Part shown: in pieces, positions 51,033 through 63,663 of the stretch | Numbering within the stretch: position 1 is the stretch's first letter | How the letters are laid out: every line of letters starts with the position of its first letter | NCBI RefSeq assembly: GCF_009914755.1 | Contig: NC_060929.1 | Direction: 5' to 3' (one strand) | Source of the DNA: the human T2T-CHM13v2.0 reference genome, Homo sapiens | Length of the DNA: 64,000 bases | The notes under the pieces: generated by a model | The model's database searches: none | The model's input: the letters and a program-made list of their open reading frames with translations, nothing else | What the model was told of the DNA's origin: nothing | Program-made: the position numbers and the translations under genes

Positions 51033-51629
51033 TGTAAACCAAACAGTATCTGAGACAGAGCTCAGTCAATTTAGAAGTTTATTTTGCCAATGTTAAGGAC
51101 ATGCACCCAGGACCCAAGTCTGTGCCTTTCTCCAAAGATGATTTTGAGGGCTTCAATATTTAAAGGAAAAAGGGCAGGTATTGCAGAAAGAGGAAGACAT
51201 TTTTAAAAGGTGTGGGTAGATAAAAGGCAAGTGGTTGCCTTCTTTTGAGCCTTTGATCAGCCGTCCACATGTAAGGGAGGCAAAGGAATAGTCAGCTAGC
51301 TGGGGTGAATCTGCACTTTCACATAAGATAAAGTAGGGCAGAGGAAGCAATCACATATGCATTTGTCTCAGGTGAGCAAAGAAATGGCTGAGTTCTTTCC
51401 TTTGTCCCATCACTGCGAAGATAGACTATCAATTTACATTGTCAGGGTGGAATTCAACAGAACACTTTTAGGGTAAAGATCTTGCCCACAAGGGCAAATT
51501 GTGAGGGAGGCATGTAGCTTTTTTATTTGTGAATGGAAGGCAGGTTTGTGTGACACAGTTCCCAGCTTGATCTGTCCCTTCGGCTTAGTGATTTTGAGGT
51601 CCCAAGTTGTATTTTCTCTTCACAATATG

Positions 51630-52381
51630 TGTACGTATATTGGTTTATGTATTGGTTTTCAACCCAGGGTTCCTGGCTCATAATTCCCACAGCCCTTGTT
51701 ACAGTCTTTTGTTACAGTGTTGGGTGAGTCAGGCCTCAGGGGCAGGACTCTGACCTTCCACTGCCCTGAGGCAGGACTCAAGGCCCTCCCATGAGAGGGT
51801 CCCATCCTATACCCTGGGGGAAGGAATGCTAAAGTCATGAAGCTTCCATAAAAAACCAAGGGGACTGGGCCGAACACGTGGAGGCCGACAGGAGGGTGAA
51901 GAACTCGTCCACATGCCGGGAGGGTGGGGCACCCCAGCTCCACGGCAACAGAAGCTCCTGTGCTTCCAGGCCTCACCCTATGTACCTCTTCGTCTGGCTA
52001 ATTATCCATATCCTTTAAAATATCCTTCTTAGTAAACTGATTCTCTGTGAGCAACTCCCCCAGATTAATCAAACTCAAAGAGGGGGTTGTGGGAACCCCA
52101 ACTTGAACCCAGTTGGTCAGAAGTTCTGGAGGCCCCAACATTCGATTGGTGGGGTGGGGCAAGGATGAGTCTTGGGGATGGAGCCCTCAACCTGTGGGAT
52201 CTGGCACTATCTCCAGGTAGACAGGGTTGGAACTGATTGGAGGACACCTGGCTGACGTCCACCGCTTGGGAGTGGGGAGAGGTCCCCACACGTTTGGTCA
52301 CAGAAGTCTTCTTCTGTGTAGATGATTGTTGCAGTGTGAGAGCGGAGGGAAAACATGGTTTCAGGAGAGTCTTCCCTCACA
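51630..52381. mobile_element. MER21-like LTR
   Basis: GGTTCCTGGCTCATAATTCCCACAGCCCTTGTTACAGTC...GGGAACCCCAACTTGAA...TTTGGTCACAGAAGT. Confidence 0.65.
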
Positions 52382-52639
52382 CTATGTGATTGGAGCAAAA
52401 GGACAAGAAAGATGAACTGAAGGACAAAGGAGAATTTAGGGAGAATCAGGGGCATCGGTTCAGCTGAGGGAGGGGCGTTGGAACCACAGCTGCATGCTGT
52501 CTAACTGGGGTGGAGAACTGCTAGGGCTTGGCCTGGAGCCAGGCGGGCATCAGGGCAGGCTCCAATTCAAGGGAGCAATATGACAAGGACAGGGAAGTCA
52601 CACTTGATATTTCAGGTGAGGCCTCACCCAAGATTTTGA

Positions 52640-52930
52640 TTTTTTTTTTTTGAGAGGAGTCTCGCACTGTCTCCCAGGCTGGAGTGCAGCGGTGTGATCT
52701 CGGCTCACTGCAAGCTCCGCCTCCCGGGTTCACCCATTCTCCTGCCTCAGCCCCCCGAGTAGCTGGGACTACAGGCGCCCTTCACCACGACCAGCTAATT
52801 TTTTGTATTTTTAGTAGAGACGGGGTTTCACCGTGTTAGCCAGGATGGTCTCGATCTCCTGACCTCGTGATCCACCCACCTCAGCCTCCCAAAGTGCTGG
52901 GATTACAGGCGAGAGCCACCGCACCCGGCC
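52640..52930 (-). mobile_element. AluY
   Basis: AluY diagnostics; TSD AGATTTTGATTTTT. Confidence 0.9.
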
Positions 52931-53624
52931 AGATTTTGATTTTTAAAAACCCAGGTATGAGGCCATCAGGCTCTGTTCTGCAGTTTCAGAACCAACTGGC
53001 TTGATTCATTCATAAGGAGGCCGAGGACTCCCAGCTGTCAGTAGAGGGCAGCCGTGCCCAATGAAGACCAAGTTCAGGTCAGAAGCTTGCTCAGCAAGCC
53101 AAGAACCAAAGATAGTTAATCTGGGCAGGGCGGTTATGTATGAATTTTATTTTCCTTTTATTTTTCAATGTTTTTAGGTAGTTACACGATAAGCACATAT
53201 TACTTATATACGAAAAAAGTTATTTAAAAAACAATATTCATTCTTTACCTTTCTATCAAGTGGTACAGAAAATTATACGGTATATATTTGCCGTGTGGCA
53301 AAATATTCCTCGTTGGATCATGTCAGTGGAAAGAGTATGGTTCTTCTTTGTATTAGTCTTTCAACTTCCCTGTGAGTTTGAATATTTTCATAATAAAAAC
53401 TTGAAAAACAGAATATAAAATTGAAAAAAAGTTTTGGAAGGAAAAAATATTCCCATCCTTTAATTCAAGAACATCTACGTAAATAATAGAACCAGTCTCC
53501 TAGATGACACTGCTCCCCACCCTTGGATGCTGATGAGTAAATGTTTTAAAATTCTATTCTCAAAATATTTGTTCAAACATTCCATTCTGGTCACATAAAA
53601 TCTTCCACCGTTTCAAGGACAGAA

Positions 53625-54020
53625 CACAGTATCCGAGAGTTCTGGTTTCTACTGTTGCTCAGCAAACTCCCGCAGAACTCAGCAGCTTAAAATACCCGTT
53701 TCACATTGCCCACCATTTGTGAGTCAGAAATTCAGGCAGCCCTCGGCTGGGCAGTAGTTGCTTAGGGCATCCCATGTGGTTGTGTTAGATGCTGGCCAGG
53801 GATGTCCTCACGGCCCCTGTGGGTGACGGTGGCCATGGGTGACGGTGGCCGTGGGCCACTCCCCAGAACCCTCCAGCAAGGGGCTCAGGGTAGTCAGATG
53901 TCTTCCATGAACTCCCTGGAGCTCAAGGCCCCAAGTGTGCCTGTTCTAGCAAGAACCAGGAAGAGGCTGTCTCCCTGCCATGACCTAATCTAGCAGCCAC
54001 ACAGCCCCATTCCGCTGCCA
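53625..54020. mobile_element. MLT1-type MaLR LTR remnant
   Basis: CAGAACTCAGCAGCTTAAAA...GTCAGAAATTCAGGCAG...CTAGCAAGAACCAGG...TGACCTAATCT. Confidence 0.5.
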
Positions 54021-56986
54021 GCGTCCTGCAGGCCCCTCCTCAGGGAAGGCCCTCGGTGAAGAGTGAGGCCTGATCGCCGCTCACCTACTCCTGATCCTGA
54101 AAGGTTTTGCCATTTTCCTAAATAGAAACTCTGAAAAGTAATCAAACAGTATTTCCAAAGGAGGCTTTTGGCAGGCTTGCCTCATTGCCCTTGCAGGGAA
54201 GGCTGCCTGTCTCTAGCCATCTTCCTCTTCTTACAGCTGTGCTGAGACGTTTTTGGCTGGGGCAGGGCTGCTGCACTGAGGGTGCATCCCACCTCCTGCA
54301 GGGAAGGCAGCCAGACCACATTCCAGTGAGTGGAACGTGAGGGAAGGCTGTCTGCCCACTGCTTTTGTTCCATAAAGAATGAGGCTTGCCCTCCCTTCCC
54401 CTCTCCTGCTTCCTGGTAGCTGAACCAGGGCAGCATTTGCTGTGAGCTGGGAGCCATGTGTTGAAGACGGCGGAACAACAAAAGTGAAGACAAAAAAGAA
54501 AACTGCATCACTGGCATGTGCCCTTGTCAGTCAGCACTTCCGGGGCTGTGTGTGGCCTTCAGGAATTTCAGTTTTCATGCATGACCCTGAGAAGACTCAG
54601 CCCCCTGCCACAGTAGGACAGGTTTCTCAAACAACCCACTAGGGTTAGGGGCCCGCAGGTTTCATTCTGCCCCTCTCCAGGTCAGGGTTCCTAATGCACT
54701 CCCCCCAAAGCTCCCCATCACCCTGCCCTCTCCAAATCCTCGTCACTGTCACAAGCTTGGTCTTCCAGGCACCGTGTATGGCCGTGGTCCCTGTAGTCGC
54801 CCATACAATCACTCCCTTCTTAGTAACAGGAATCTTAATTTGATTCAGCTTCAGAAATACTTTTTCCAGCCTCTTCTGCTGACAGGGGTGCCTGTGTGAT
54901 CCAGTTCTACCCAGGGAATTGTGACCCAGCGCTCTGTGAGCTTCCAAGAGAGGAGGAGGCAGCTGCCATCCACCCTTTACCTTCTTCCTTCCTCCTTCTT
55001 CCTAAAACGTGTGCTGGCTGGAGCTCCCGCAGCCAAGGAATGAGACCTGACCTCGTGCTAAGAAGAGTGAGACTGAGACCTGAGAAGGAGCCTGGGCCCT
55101 GACGGTGGAGGAACCCCCACACCAGCCTGCACCATCGACCTCTCATTTCCGTCCGGCGCTGGGATCCAGGCTTCCTGCTCTGCAACTGAATCCATTCTGA
55201 CACACTGTCTTACAGTTCTGGTATAAAGGGTCAGACTTCAAGTTAGCCAAGGGAGGCAGTGGGGGAAAGTAACAGCCTTGGCACTACCCGGCCCCCTTTC
55301 TATCAACTGCCCCCGCTCTGCCCGCTCCAGACACATGTGGAGGGGGATTAAGTGTCGAGGGAGCCAAGGTGAACAGCAGGAAAAGGAAAGCAGTGGAGAC
55401 AGAGATTTCCACCAGGCTTTACTCACAATGCAGCCATACGGATTAATCCCACAGCCACCACAGAAGGTTGTGTTACCCCCGCCTCACAGGAAGAGGCTCT
55501 GGCAGGAAGAACAGCTGGACCCGAGTCAGACACGCAGGTCACGGGCCCAGAGCAGGGCCGGCCCAGGCCCACCGCACTCTATGACATCGGCCACCAGGCT
55601 GGTCTCCAGGAAATAGGGCCCTGGTGTCTACTTCCTAAACTCCCTGTGAATTGCCAGGGGCCAGAATGTGGGTAGGTGGGAGAACAGATGGAGGCTGAAG
55701 GACCTCTGGTGGCAAAACACTGACCTCTACAGAGGTCTCATCAGAAAGCCTGAAATCCCACGTTAGATATTTCAGAAAGAGGGCAAGCTTCTGTTCTATA
55801 CATTTGTATGTTATTTAAAGTTACACAGCCAGACAAATATGTACATAACACTATGGGTTTTGGTGGTAAATGTTTTATCTATGCATATTATGTATAGATG
55901 TGAGGAAGACGTCTGGAAGGATACACCACCCACGCGTAAACACACGTTAAGGGAGCGTGTGCAGTATGTTGTATCTAAAATGAACATGTAATACGAAAAG
56001 CCAGTAGCTGGTATTTGTAAAGGGGTGCTCTGTATCTAACCCTCTAAATGCCCCCCACCTCCCACCCTCTTGGCCTGCTCTGAGGGCTTCGTCTCCGTTT
56101 CCCTGGCCCCTCAGCCTTGGCAGGCTTCTCATGCAGGGCCCAGTGAAGGCTCAGGAGGGCCTTGGCCAGACTCCATCAGACATTTGTCTCCACTGGGGGC
56201 GACTTGATCCACAAATGAGATCCCACCAGTGACCCAGGTAAGAGGATTGCAAAGGCCAAGAGGCTTGAGGAGGGAAGGCTGCCCGGAAGGCAGTCTGTCC
56301 TGGAGACAGAGTGAGCAGGAACCCACAGTGAGAGCAGGAGTGGCAGGAGGTGGTCACAGCTGGAGGCAGAAGCAGGAATGCAGCAGCAGCAGCAGCCAGG
56401 CGCAAGGCAGCTCTGTAAACCTGCAAACTCGAGGCTGGCTGAACTCTACAGCATTGACTAACACGGGGCTTTTCCATCTGGCATTTCCACTTGCTTTGGT
56501 ATCCACAGGCGCTTCCGGGCCCGGGGGCAGCCGCCACGCACACACGCATGCCACCTGAGCAAGCCTTGATGGGTGAATACCAGGAGACCCCTGAAGGTGC
56601 TCCTTGCTTCAGGAGCCTGAGAACCCAGTCTTTCGTCTTGTAAGGGGGTCCTCTGGCACCGCAGGCCCCAAACTCTACTCCTCCCGCCATCTCTCCTGGA
56701 CCTCCCCGAGCCACGCAGCCCCCTCTTCCTCTCCACCCTCACAGGAGACCGCCGGTGCCTGGCCTGAGAATCCAAGTGCAGCTGGGGAATGGCCTGGAAG
56801 AGGCCGTAAAGGCTGGAATGGAACAGTCCAGCCTCACACAGTGGCTAACAGCACAGAGTTCATTCCAATCCGGCTCTCCCTCAACCATCTGTGTGACCTT
56901 GGGCAACTTCACCTCTGTGTGCCTGCTTCCTCACTGGTAAAACAGGAGCAAAACAGTACCCACCGCCTAGGCTTGCTCTGAGGATC

Positions 56987-57243
56987 AAGTAAGTTGGTAC
57001 TTATCCTGGAGCACTAAGTAAGTTGGTACTTATCCTGGAGCACTAAGTAAGTTGGTACTTATCCTGGAGCACTAAGTAAGTTGGTACTTATCCTGGAGCA
57101 CTAAGTAAGTTGGTACTTATCCTGGAGCACTAAGTAAGTTGGTACTTATCCTGGAGCACTAAGTAAGTTGGTACTTATCCTGGAGCACTAAGTTGGTACT
57201 TATCCTGGAGCACTAAGTAAGTTGGTACTTATCCTGGAGCACT
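56987..57243. repeat. 29-bp minisatellite, 9 copies, inside a MIR remnant
   Basis: AAGTAAGTTGGTACTTATCCTGGAGCACT repeated perfectly; copy 8 lacks one AAGT. Confidence 0.97.
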
Positions 57244-57601
57244 CAGAACAATGCACTTGGCTAGCTGCATGACATGCTATGCGCATGGAGCGTGGCGGCC
57301 AAACTCCTCCTGGCTCCACCGGAAAGGGCACAATGCAGCTATCGCCGGGCCGATTCCACGTCTGAAATCACGGATAATGACCACCTCCCCTTATTTAACA
57401 AAAAATATGGCTAAATAATCCATCTAAGCAACAGGGGAAGGCAAAACCCGCTCCACACAAATCTCAAAGGTTAAAATAAAACCAATGTCTGACACTGGTT
57501 TCTGAGCCCAGATGGGAGGTTGGAGCTGCTCCCAAGGCCACGGCCCTCGACACAGCTCCCCAGACAACTCTGCCACCATCTGGTGTCGAGCTCCAAAGTA
57601 G

Positions 57602-57927
<326 letters not shown>

Positions 57928-57989
57928 ACTAGCCCAGGGTTTTCAAACCCACTCATGAAATCAAGTTCGTGAGTCACAAAAAGCGTTTT

Positions 57990-58281
57990 GTTTTTCCGAG
58001 ACAGAGTCTTGCTCTGTCGCCCAGGCTGGAGTGCAGTGGTATGATCTTGGATTACTGCAACCTCTGCCTCCCGGGTTCAAGTGATTCTCCAGCCTCAGCT
58101 TCCTGAGTAGCTGGGATTACAGGTGTGTGCCACCATGCCCAGCAAGTTTTTGTATTTTTAGTAGAGTATTTTTAGGTTTCACCATGTTGGCCAGGATGGT
58201 CCCGAACTCCTGACTTCGTGATCCGTCCGCCTCAGCCTCCCAAAGTGCTGGGATTACATGTGTAAGCCACTGCGCCCGGCC
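57990..58281 (-). mobile_element. AluS-type element
   Basis: Antisense Alu; TSD GCGTTTTGTT. Confidence 0.9.
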
Positions 58282-58878
58282 GCGTTTTGTTCTTTTAAAT
58301 GAATTAGTGGAGAACAGAAACTCTCAGAATGTTGCACGTGATATGCAGAGGTAACAGTCTGTCTGTGTTCTGGGTATTAGCAAAACAGGCACTCTCACTG
58401 GGGTTGCGTTTGGGAGTCCAAGCGCCACTGTGAGGCCAACCCTGGTATCAGCTGTGTACCCTGAGGCTCCCCGGCACGTCATAAAGGGCACTCAATAAGC
58501 ACTGCCTGGGCCAGCAGAGGGCACCGGGCACAAAGCACCACTCAGGGACCACCCTGATCAGAGGACCTGGTTCTTCCCCAGACCAGGCCTGCCCAGCCAG
58601 CAGGAGGCAGAAGCAGGAGACACTCACCAGCTTTCCTGCTGCGGCCTCCTGGCTCTACAGGACGATCAGCAGGAGCACAGTCCGGGGCTCCTCTCCACCT
58701 TGTGGCCTGGACTTCCTTTCCCACCTGGCCCCCATCCCCTGGGCTGTCCCTGGCTCTTCCCTCCCACTCATCTGCTTTCTTTCCTCAACTTTGCTTCCTC
58801 CCACCCGTCTAGCCCTCTCCTTAACTCTTCATTCTCCCTTTTCCTTTCTTTCCCTGCCTGCCACCTCCTTTTCCAGGA

Positions 58879-58919
58879 CACACACACATAAATATTTTTC
58901 AGACAATTCAGCCTTTATT
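58879..58919 (-). terminator. MGAT1: MGAT1 polyadenylation signal and downstream GU-rich element
   Basis: AATAAA at 58914-58919 (minus), ~1.07 kb after the stop codon, with (TG)n ~25-35 nt downstream. Confidence 0.75.
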
Positions 58920-59985
58920 TTAGAAAATAATTCTGTAGCTTCCACTTTCTTTCATGAAACTGAGGTCAGGCAAGAAACAAAAATCCACCAAGTCCTCTCC
59001 ATCCTGCCATGGCGTCCTGGCCTGTGAGGACATGGGGCGCCTGGGAGCGGGCGGGGAGGCTGGGCAGCACTGGGCCAGAGGCGTCCTGGTCACTGCTCCA
59101 CCTGGTCACTGCTCCACCTCATGCTGAGAGGAGCCTGTGTGTCAAACCCCAGGGGAAAAAGGGACAGGCAGATCGAATTCTGTCTTCTACCAAGCCAGCA
59201 GGAGCCTCCTAGAGCAACAGGGAGGGCACTGATTTTCAGAAAGGAGGGGTCAGGGCATAGTCCCTCTCTGAGGTAAGGCAAGAGAGAGGTTGTCCCAGCA
59301 CAAGGCCTTCCTCCCTGCACCTCTCTCCTGACAGCTGGGCATGGGCTGAGGAGAGGTCTTGCTTGCCCCCTTCAACTTTCCATCTCAGAACTATAAACTG
59401 CTAGGCTGCAAGGAGAGAAGGGCTAAGTGGGGGTCAGACAGGAGAGAAGGGCAGGAGGCAGTGAGCCCCGATGACCCACCAACTCCACCAGGCCCTGACA
59501 AGGAAGCCCCTTTGGTTAGTATCATTTTGGCCACAAATATGTCCCCTTCTCCCATAACTCAGTCCCCACTGGGGGAAGGGGAGCAGGTATAGAAGGAGGG
59601 CTCGTGCCCTGGCTGGAAGAGCCAGGTCAGGGAGAAGGGGTCTGGTCAAGAGAGCGAACGTTGCCAAACTCTCTGCACATGCTCCAGGAGAAAGCTCAGG
59701 ACGTGGACATTTCTGGCCCCAACAAGCCCAGTGCCCCCCACCACACAGTGGTTTCCTGCTTAATACCCCGCAACATACCCTAGAATAGTTCCCCTGATCT
59801 GACTCCCTTGAGAACGGGAGAATAATCCTCTTGTTATCATTTGTGCACTTAAATGCCACTCGGAAAAATCAAAAAGATAAATGCACCTAAGAGGGAAACA
59901 CAGGCAGGCCGATGCAGCCTGGGGACTGTGGTCCCACCTCAGCTCATGATGTGGCAAGGAGGGGCCCAGGAAGGACAGGCAGGTG

Positions 59986-61323
59986 CTAATTCCAGCTAGG
60001 ATCATAGCCCTCCCACGTCGGTGGGGGCGCCAGGTGGACACGGCGGCCCCGGAACTGGAAGGTGACAATACCCCGGTAGCCAGCTCTCGGAACCCCCGAC
60101 TTAAGGTCATCCATGACACCCAGAGCCTTGGCGAAAGCCTTGAAGCTGTCCCTGCCCGTATACTGCACCCGCACCTCCCCCAGCTCCTTCCGGTCATTGG
60201 TCCTCACTTTCTCCACCTGCAGCTGGGGAGCACCGTAGACGCGGGCGAGGAAATCTCGGTCATAGGCCTCCCGCTGCAGGTAAGACAGGTCCAGCTGGGT
60301 GAAGTGCACAAACTGCTGGTTCAGCTTGATAAACTTGAGGTGCTGGTCAAAGAACTGCCCGTGGCTCACACCCTTGCGGCCAAAGGTCATCGTTCTTGAG
60401 ATCTCAGGGCGTATGCAGGCCCGCCCCTGCCGCTGCTCCGGCCGCCGCATCCAGTCGTCCCAGAAGGCCTTTGGCCACTTGGGCTCCAGCTCAGCCCAGA
60501 GCTCGGCCAACAGCAGCCAGCCCAGGCCAGGGAAAAAGTCGGTGCGGTAGAGCAGCTCAGGCCTGCTGGCGTCCACCATCTGCTCCTTGCCGTTGTCATT
60601 CCAGGCCGAGACGCACCACAGGGAGGGGTCGGCCTTCAGCAGCGGATAGGTGGCCCGAAAGTACTCGAAGAAGTCCGGGGCCACCTCCAGGTCATCCTCC
60701 ACCACCACGGCCGCGGGGAAGCGAAACTGCCGGAAGACCTGGCCCAGCGCCCAGCGGTAGTGGCGCGCGATCTTGTAGTAGCCCTGGAACTTGCGGTGGT
60801 CCGGCGGCACCGCAATGCTGCTCAGGTCGGGCTGCCGGATGTGCGTGACCGCGCTGCCGTAGGAGGCGATGGCCTGGGCCGTCTCCTCGTGCCCGCAGTC
60901 CTGGCTAACGATGATGGGGAAGAGCTCAGCCGAGGGCCGATAATGCAGCAGCTTGTCCAGGCAGCGCCGAACAGTGCTGCGGTCACAGGCGATGACCAGG
61001 ATGGGAATCACCGCCGGCGCGGGGGTCACAGGCACACGCGGCTGGGCGGGAGGGGCCGCGGTGGGCACCCTCCCCCGCTGGCTCGACAGGGCATCCCCGA
61101 TCTGCTGCAGCAGCCCACGCTGCCGCTCCAGCTCCACCTCGGCGTCTTGGGCCAGGCGAATCACTTCCCGGGTGAGGCTGGCGGGGTCGCCATCGAGAGC
61201 GCTGACTGAGGGTGGCCTGCCAGGTGCTGGGCGCGTCCAGAAGAAGAGGAGCAGCAGGGCATTCCAGGCCACAAAGAGGATAGCGCCCCACAGCACAAGC
61301 CCTGCAGACTGCTTCTTCAGCAT
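59986..61323 (-). CDS. MGAT1: Alpha-1,3-mannosyl-glycoprotein 2-beta-N-acetylglucosaminyltransferase (GnT-I), 445 aa, single coding exon
   Basis: MLKKQSAGLVLWGAILFVAWNALLLLFFW type II anchor, stem, GT13 domain with EDD metal-binding motif (VVEDDLEV), FWDDWMR, C-terminus WEGYDPSWN; CpG-rich exon. Confidence 0.99.
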   Translation of the reverse strand: MLKKQSAGLVLWGAILFVAWNALLLLFFWTRPAPGRPPSVSALDGDPASLTREVIRLAQDAEVELERQRGLLQQIGDALSSQRGRVPTAAPPAQPRVPVTPAPAVIPILVIACDRSTVRRCLDKLLHYRPSAELFPIIVSQDCGHEETAQAIASYGSAVTHIRQPDLSSIAVPPDHRKFQGYYKIARHYRWALGQVFRQFRFPAAVVVEDDLEVAPDFFEYFRATYPLLKADPSLWCVSAWNDNGKEQMVDASRPELLYRTDFFPGLGWLLLAELWAELEPKWPKAFWDDWMRRPEQRQGRACIRPEISRTMTFGRKGVSHGQFFDQHLKFIKLNQQFVHFTQLDLSYLQREAYDRDFLARVYGAPQLQVEKVRTNDRKELGEVRVQYTGRDSFKAFAKALGVMDDLKSGVPRAGYRGIVTFQFRGRRVHLAPPPTWEGYDPSWN

Positions 61324-61430
61324 CCTGGCCCCCACCGGGGAGGGCAGGCCAGGGGACGGTTCAAGGCTGCCCTGGGCTTGCCCGGCTCCCTTGCCCGCAG
61401 TCCTAGGGATGCCTCCTCTGGACTATGGGA

Positions 61431-61445
61431 TTAGGAGGCAGCCAT
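61431..61445 (-). promoter_or_regulatory. Short upstream ORF (ATG GCT GCC TCC TAA, MAAS*) in the MGAT1 5'UTR
   Basis: ATG 4 nt into the coding exon; stop codon 107 nt before the main ATG. Confidence 0.6.
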
Positions 61446-61448
61446 GCA

Positions 61449-61480
61449 CCTAAAGACAGGAGAGAGAAAGCAAACCGTCA
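61449..61480 (-). promoter_or_regulatory. MGAT1: 3' splice acceptor of the MGAT1 coding exon
   Basis: Minus strand TGACGGTTTGCTTTCTCTCTCCTGTCTTTAG|GTGCATG; exon starts at 61449. Confidence 0.8.
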
Positions 61481-61859
61481 CACAAAGGCTCGTGGCTCCA
61501 TGCCCCACAGGTAGAGGAAATGGGGGCAGGAAAAGGCCAAGAGTGAGGGTGGAGGAAGGCCAGGAGGTTGACTCCAGAGCTCTCTAGGGAGTCAACATAT
61601 ATCCTGACCCAGGAACGTATTTTTGAGGGAGAGGCAGAGAGTGATGCTGGTGGAGGGAGAGAGAAAAAGAACCCCAACTCCCCTCTTTCTACCTGTCAGA
61701 TTTCATTTCCCCTCCAGGTGGGAAGGAGGAGGGGAGGGGCAAGGAGTGACAGCATCTGCCTACCATTCCTCTAACCTAAGCGCCCCAAGATGACTGATTT
61801 TTAAAATCAAATGTCCCACCTCAGGGCTACAGTTAACCCCTTACCAACAGGGAAGCACC

Positions 61860-63629
61860 AGAGGCACCCCACGAATGTCAGGAGCAAAACGAAGTTGCCC
61901 ATCATCTCCAGGGTTATTTAACATTTTGCTGGAGGAAGCAGCCAATGCAAATGAACCAAGAAAAAAAAATTCAAAGCAGAAGTGGAAAGGAAGCAAACTA
62001 TTTCTATTATCTTTACTTGTGAGAATATGCCTGGAAAACTCAAAAAGAATCAATAATGAACTGAGCAAGGAAGTGTAATATAAAAATCAACATATACTAA
62101 TGGATAGCCTTCATATCCACAAATAACTCATGAGAAGAAAACATGGATGAGAAAACCCTACTTACAAAAGCCAGAGAAATGAGAAAATATTTAGAAATAA
62201 ACTTAAATAAACTTAAACATTCAAAACTTATGTGAACAAAACTATCATTCCTGAAAGACACAAAAGAACATCTGAATATCCCTTGTTCTTGGTCAGGACA
62301 TTTCAGCATCATCAAAAATCCCAATAAAAATACCTTTTTATGGAGCTAGACGAACTGACAGTAAAGTTCACATGAAAAACTAGGAAAACAATAAAAATAA
62401 GCTGTGAGGAGGGACTCAGCCCTACCAGATATGAAAATACTGCATACTGGCCAGATGCAGTAGCTCCTACCTGCAATCCCAGCACTTTGGGAGGCCAATA
62501 CAGGAGGATCACTTGAGCCCAGGAGTTCAAGAATAGCCTGGGCAGCACACGGAGACCCTGTCTCTACAAGTAACAATTAAAAAAAAAAAAAAAAAAAGCT
62601 GGGCATGGTGGCACGCACCTGTGGTCCCAGCTACTCAGGAGGCTGAGATGGGATCACCTGAGTCTGGGAGGCTGAGGCTGTAGTGAGCTGTGATTGGATT
62701 GTGCCATTGCACTCCAGCCTGGGCAAGAGAGTGAGACTCTGTCTCAAAAAAATTTTTTTTTATTATATATATATATATATGGCATACTACAAAACCTCCA
62801 TAATTACAACTGCGTGGTACTGGTACATAAATAAACAGACCATCCAGTGAAATAGAATTTAAGCTCCAGAAACAGACTCATTACACAAAAAAATCTAATA
62901 TGTAATAAAGGTGCTACTTAAAATTCCCAAGGCAAAGATGGTCTTATTAATAGTGTTATAATAATTACGTAGCTATGCTATAGCTTGAATATGGTTTGTT
63001 CTCTGAAACACATGTTGGGATTTGATCCCCTGTGTGGTGGTGCTGCCGGAGGTGGGGTCTAGTGGTAGGTGTTTGGATCACAAGGGGGGCAGGGGCAGAT
63101 CCTTCCTAACGTCCTCTGGTGAGTGAGCTAGTTCCCCAGGGATAACAGGCTGTTATAACCAAGCCCAGTCTCTCCTGCATGCCCCATTTCTTTCTACTTT
63201 CAGCCATGTCCCTACAAAAACCTACACAGGAGTGTTGATGGTAACTTTATTCATAATCACTCAAAACTGGAAATAACCCAAAGGCCCATCAACAGGGAAA
63301 TACAGATAAACAAATTGTGGTTTACTCATAGAATGGAATAATATTCAGCAATAAAACTGAATAAACCACTGACATACACAACACAATCTCCAAATAATTA
63401 CACAATATGGGTCTTTTTGGGAAAAACAAAAAAGAGCACATACACTGTGATTCCATTGACATAAAACTGCCGAAAATAGAAACTAATCTATATTACAGAA
63501 AGCAGATCAGTTGTTGCCTGGGGATGGAGGCAGAGAAGGGCAGTAGGGTAGTTACTACACAGGGGCATTAGGAAGCTTCTAGAAGGGTGGATATGTTTAT
63601 TATCTTGATTGTGGTGATACTTTTACAGG

Positions 63630-63663
<34 letters not shown>

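Larger units (their letters stand above)
49880..51624 (-). mobile_element. Truncated MER4-group provirus: 5' LTR (51033-51624), PBS and leader/internal sequence
   Basis: LTR similar to 47312-47953 but inverted; TGG-initiated PBS directly after the LTR's terminal CA on the minus strand. Confidence 0.7.

Noticed and set aside
54182-56981. Cluster of 60-187 aa ORFs in GC-rich sequence downstream of MGAT1
   Set aside because: No domain similarity or coherent exon structure; expected from GC content.
56987-57243. CRISPR-like array of 29-bp repeats
   Set aside because: The repeats are head-to-tail with no unique spacers, there are no cas genes and the context is primate; it is a minisatellite.
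61324-61335. 449-aa MGAT1 with an N-terminal MGAR extension
   Set aside because: It starts at a GTG in weak context; the ATG at 61323 gives the known 445-aa protein.
59983-61453. Several 100-166 aa ORFs antisense to or overlapping MGAT1
   Set aside because: Shadow ORFs of a GC-rich coding exon with no recognisable domains.
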